From positions 352 through 64,351 of the forward strand of contig JAAUPE010000015.1 of NCBI GenBank assembly GCA_012034595.1: 64,000 bases of DNA. The letters run 5' to 3'. Position numbers and translations under genes: made by a program. Below, in pieces: positions 62,069 through 64,000 of this stretch. Under the pieces are notes generated by a model. The model worked only from the letters and a program-made list of their open reading frames with translations. It searched no databases and was not told the DNA's origin. The DNA is from Calothrix sp. CSU_2_0 (lineage in GTDB: Bacteria > Cyanobacteriota > Cyanobacteriia > Cyanobacteriales > Nostocaceae). Every line of letters starts with the position of its first letter. Positions within the stretch are counted from its first letter, which is position 1.

Positions 62069-62575
62069 TTAAACTCGCAAAAAAGCCGGAGGATAAACAA
62101 CTTCACCGTAATATTTTGATTGAAAGTTTTTAAAAACCTTCACCATAAAGACATCTTCTGGGACATCAAAGGGAGATTGAATATTATGAATAGTTGATGG
62201 TACAAAACCAAAGCGGTTATAAAGCAAAGGATAACCCAAAACAATCACTAAAGCTTCACCCATTGCATCAGCTTTCTCTAAACCATTTCTGATTAAAGCA
62301 CTACCAATTCCTTGCTTTTGAAACTCAGGAATTACAGCGACAGGTGCTAAACTCAATACCCGCAATCTTTCTTCTTCTATTAAATGAATATAGCTGAACA
62401 TAATATGAGCAACTATAATATTATCGATTTCAGCTACTAAAGAAAGTTCGGGAATATAAAACTTGGAATTACGAATTTCTGTAATTAAATTAGCTTCATT
62501 TTCTCTTCCGAATGCCAGCGTATTCACTTCAGCTATATTCAGATAGTCTTGAGGATTTTCAACACGAATTTTCAT
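62069..62575 (-). CDS. GNAT-family N-acetyltransferase (YhbS-like)
   Basis: 168 aa with QKQGIGSALIRNGL, the acetyl-CoA motif. Confidence 0.85.
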   Translation of the reverse strand: MKIRVENPQDYLNIAEVNTLAFGRENEANLITEIRNSKFYIPELSLVAEIDNIIVAHIMFSYIHLIEEERLRVLSLAPVAVIPEFQKQGIGSALIRNGLEKADAMGEALVIVLGYPLLYNRFGFVPSTIHNIQSPFDVPEDVFMVKVFKNFQSKYYGEVVYPPAFLRV

Positions 62576-62795
62576 AATTTTAGTTAATAAAATTTTAATA
62601 TGAAGATTAATATAAAGAACTCCACCCCCTGCCCCCTACCCTTGAAAGAGGGTTAGGGTGGGGTTCTTTCTATGCACATTCACAAAGAATTGGTATTAGG
62701 TCAGTATATTGGATGGACATAACTAAGAATCGCTACATACACCGTAGAACAAATAATAAGGGTTTATTAAAACCGAAAAATTGAACATCAACTAA

Positions 62796-64000
62796 TTACA
62801 AATCAACAAAATTACGTTTCTTTTTCTTTTGTTTAGACTTGTTTTTATCATTCTCCTTATCTTTTATACTACCAACTTTTCCAAAGCCGCGAATTTCTTC
62901 TTTATCATTCGATTCTACTAATTTTGCAGCAACAGAATTTGCTTCTTCTCTAATTTCCGTCGAAGTTTTATCAATCTCATTTTGTGTTGGTAAATTACTG
63001 ATTCCTTCCACAACATCATCCGCAACATTAACCCCAACTTGCATTTCCTCTACAGCAATTTTAGCTTCGGGAATAACATCAATATCCGAAATAGTTTCTT
63101 CCATAACTTCTTCTGTAATCAACAAATTATTTTCAACAATATCTGCTTCTTCGCTATTCTCTACACTTATTTCTGTACCTAATTCTGTAACCTCTTGCAT
63201 CTCAACTGATACTTTCTCAGCAGCATTAATTCCAATGCTATAATTATTTGAATCATTGGAATTATTTGCGATCGCGAATTTTTCCCGAAGGAATATCGCG
63301 TCATTCAAAGTCATGCTTTCTTGTGCTTCAATATCTGGATTATCAACCACAGAAATTGGTGTCGTGAATTCTACAACCTCAACTTGTAACTCCTGCAATT
63401 CATCATCAGAACCAATACCCAAACTTTGTTTAACTTCCTCCCAACTACCAACAATATCTTCCGCAACTTGATTGACTGCAAATGCCAATTTAATCACAGA
63501 AGCAGAATTTTTTGCTTCCAAATTTATCAATGCAGCAACAATAAAACCATTCAATTCGGGAGGACTTTCTTGATAATTTTCTAACTGCCGAGTCAGCGCT
63601 AAGACACAATTATCCCGCAGATTTTCATTTTGTTTAGCAATTTCTTCCAAACTATTAATCGCATTTACCCGTGAAAATAACGGATGGGAATCATCAGCTA
63701 AATAACAAGCAAGTGGAGAAATTGCCGCAACACCAATTTTGCTAAAAACCTTCGGTAATTCTTCGCTAACTAAATCATTATCTTCCAACTCATGAAATAA
63801 TTGAATTAAAGGCGCAATATTTGCGGTAAACTCCGCGATCGCACTTTCTGAAACTAAAACTTCTGAACCTAACTGTCCTAATGCACGCCAAGCATGAATA
63901 GCAGCCCATACATCCAGACTACCAGAATCAGCATTCAACAAAGCGCGATCGCACCCCATTCTAATCAAATCAGGTATATGTTGCGAACTTAAACCTAATT
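62796..64000 (-). CDS. Hypothetical helical-repeat protein with an acidic low-complexity region and a poly-Lys C-terminus; 5' end outside the window
   Basis: The frame stays open to nt 64000, beyond the TTG at 63968. The N-terminal part looks alpha-helical and HEAT-like. The C-terminus is E/V/I-rich and ends in KNKSKQKKKKR. Confidence 0.5.
   Translation of the reverse strand, partial: LGLSSQHIPDLIRMGCDRALLNADSGSLDVWAAIHAWRALGQLGSEVLVSESAIAEFTANIAPLIQLFHELEDNDLVSEELPKVFSKIGVAAISPLACYLADDSHPLFSRVNAINSLEEIAKQNENLRDNCVLALTRQLENYQESPPELNGFIVAALINLEAKNSASVIKLAFAVNQVAEDIVGSWEEVKQSLGIGSDDELQELQVEVVEFTTPISVVDNPDIEAQESMTLNDAIFLREKFAIANNSNDSNNYSIGINAAEKVSVEMQEVTELGTEISVENSEEADIVENNLLITEEVMEETISDIDVIPEAKIAVEEMQVGVNVADDVVEGISNLPTQNEIDKTSTEIREEANSVAAKLVESNDKEEIRGFGKVGSIKDKENDKNKSKQKKKKRNFVDL

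Overview
The window looks like chromosomal DNA from a filamentous, heterocyst-forming (Nostocales-type) cyanobacterium. The evidence is abundant HIP1 octamers (GCGATCGC), 7-nt STRR tandem repeats in most intergenic spacers, and small palindromic dispersed repeats.

Core content:
- pnp.
- An SNF2 helicase plus SWIM zinc-finger pair.
- ftsW.
- The complete allophycocyanin operon apcE-apcA-apcB-apcC on the minus strand.
- The atp1 operon (subunits I, a, c, b', b, delta, alpha, gamma), without beta or epsilon, as is usual in cyanobacteria.
- A one-piece tmRNA.
- A U32 peptidase, a PhoH-like ATPase, an RND permease and an AbgT transporter.
- An AtzG/AtzE-like amidase pair.

Accessory content:
- 39.5-42.7 kb: a Fic protein, a Uma2 nuclease, and an ABC-type AAA ATPase with a decayed partner gene.
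- 56.8-61.9 kb: two toxin-antitoxin modules, a nest of MITE-like repeats, and a membrane-anchored NACHT NTPase coupled to an FGE-like/GUN4 protein. This last pair is my best candidate for an undescribed conflict system.

Other notable points:
- An orphan Trypco2-like gene.
- A frameshifted CruA-like lycopene cyclase.
- An AbiEii toxin interrupted by an in-frame stop.
- A palindromic repeat inserted in frame into the amidase.
- A spacer-less array of six 30-bp dyad-symmetric repeats.
- A possible tnpB/omega-RNA remnant.

All calls rest on reading the sequence and on recalled family motifs. No searches were run.
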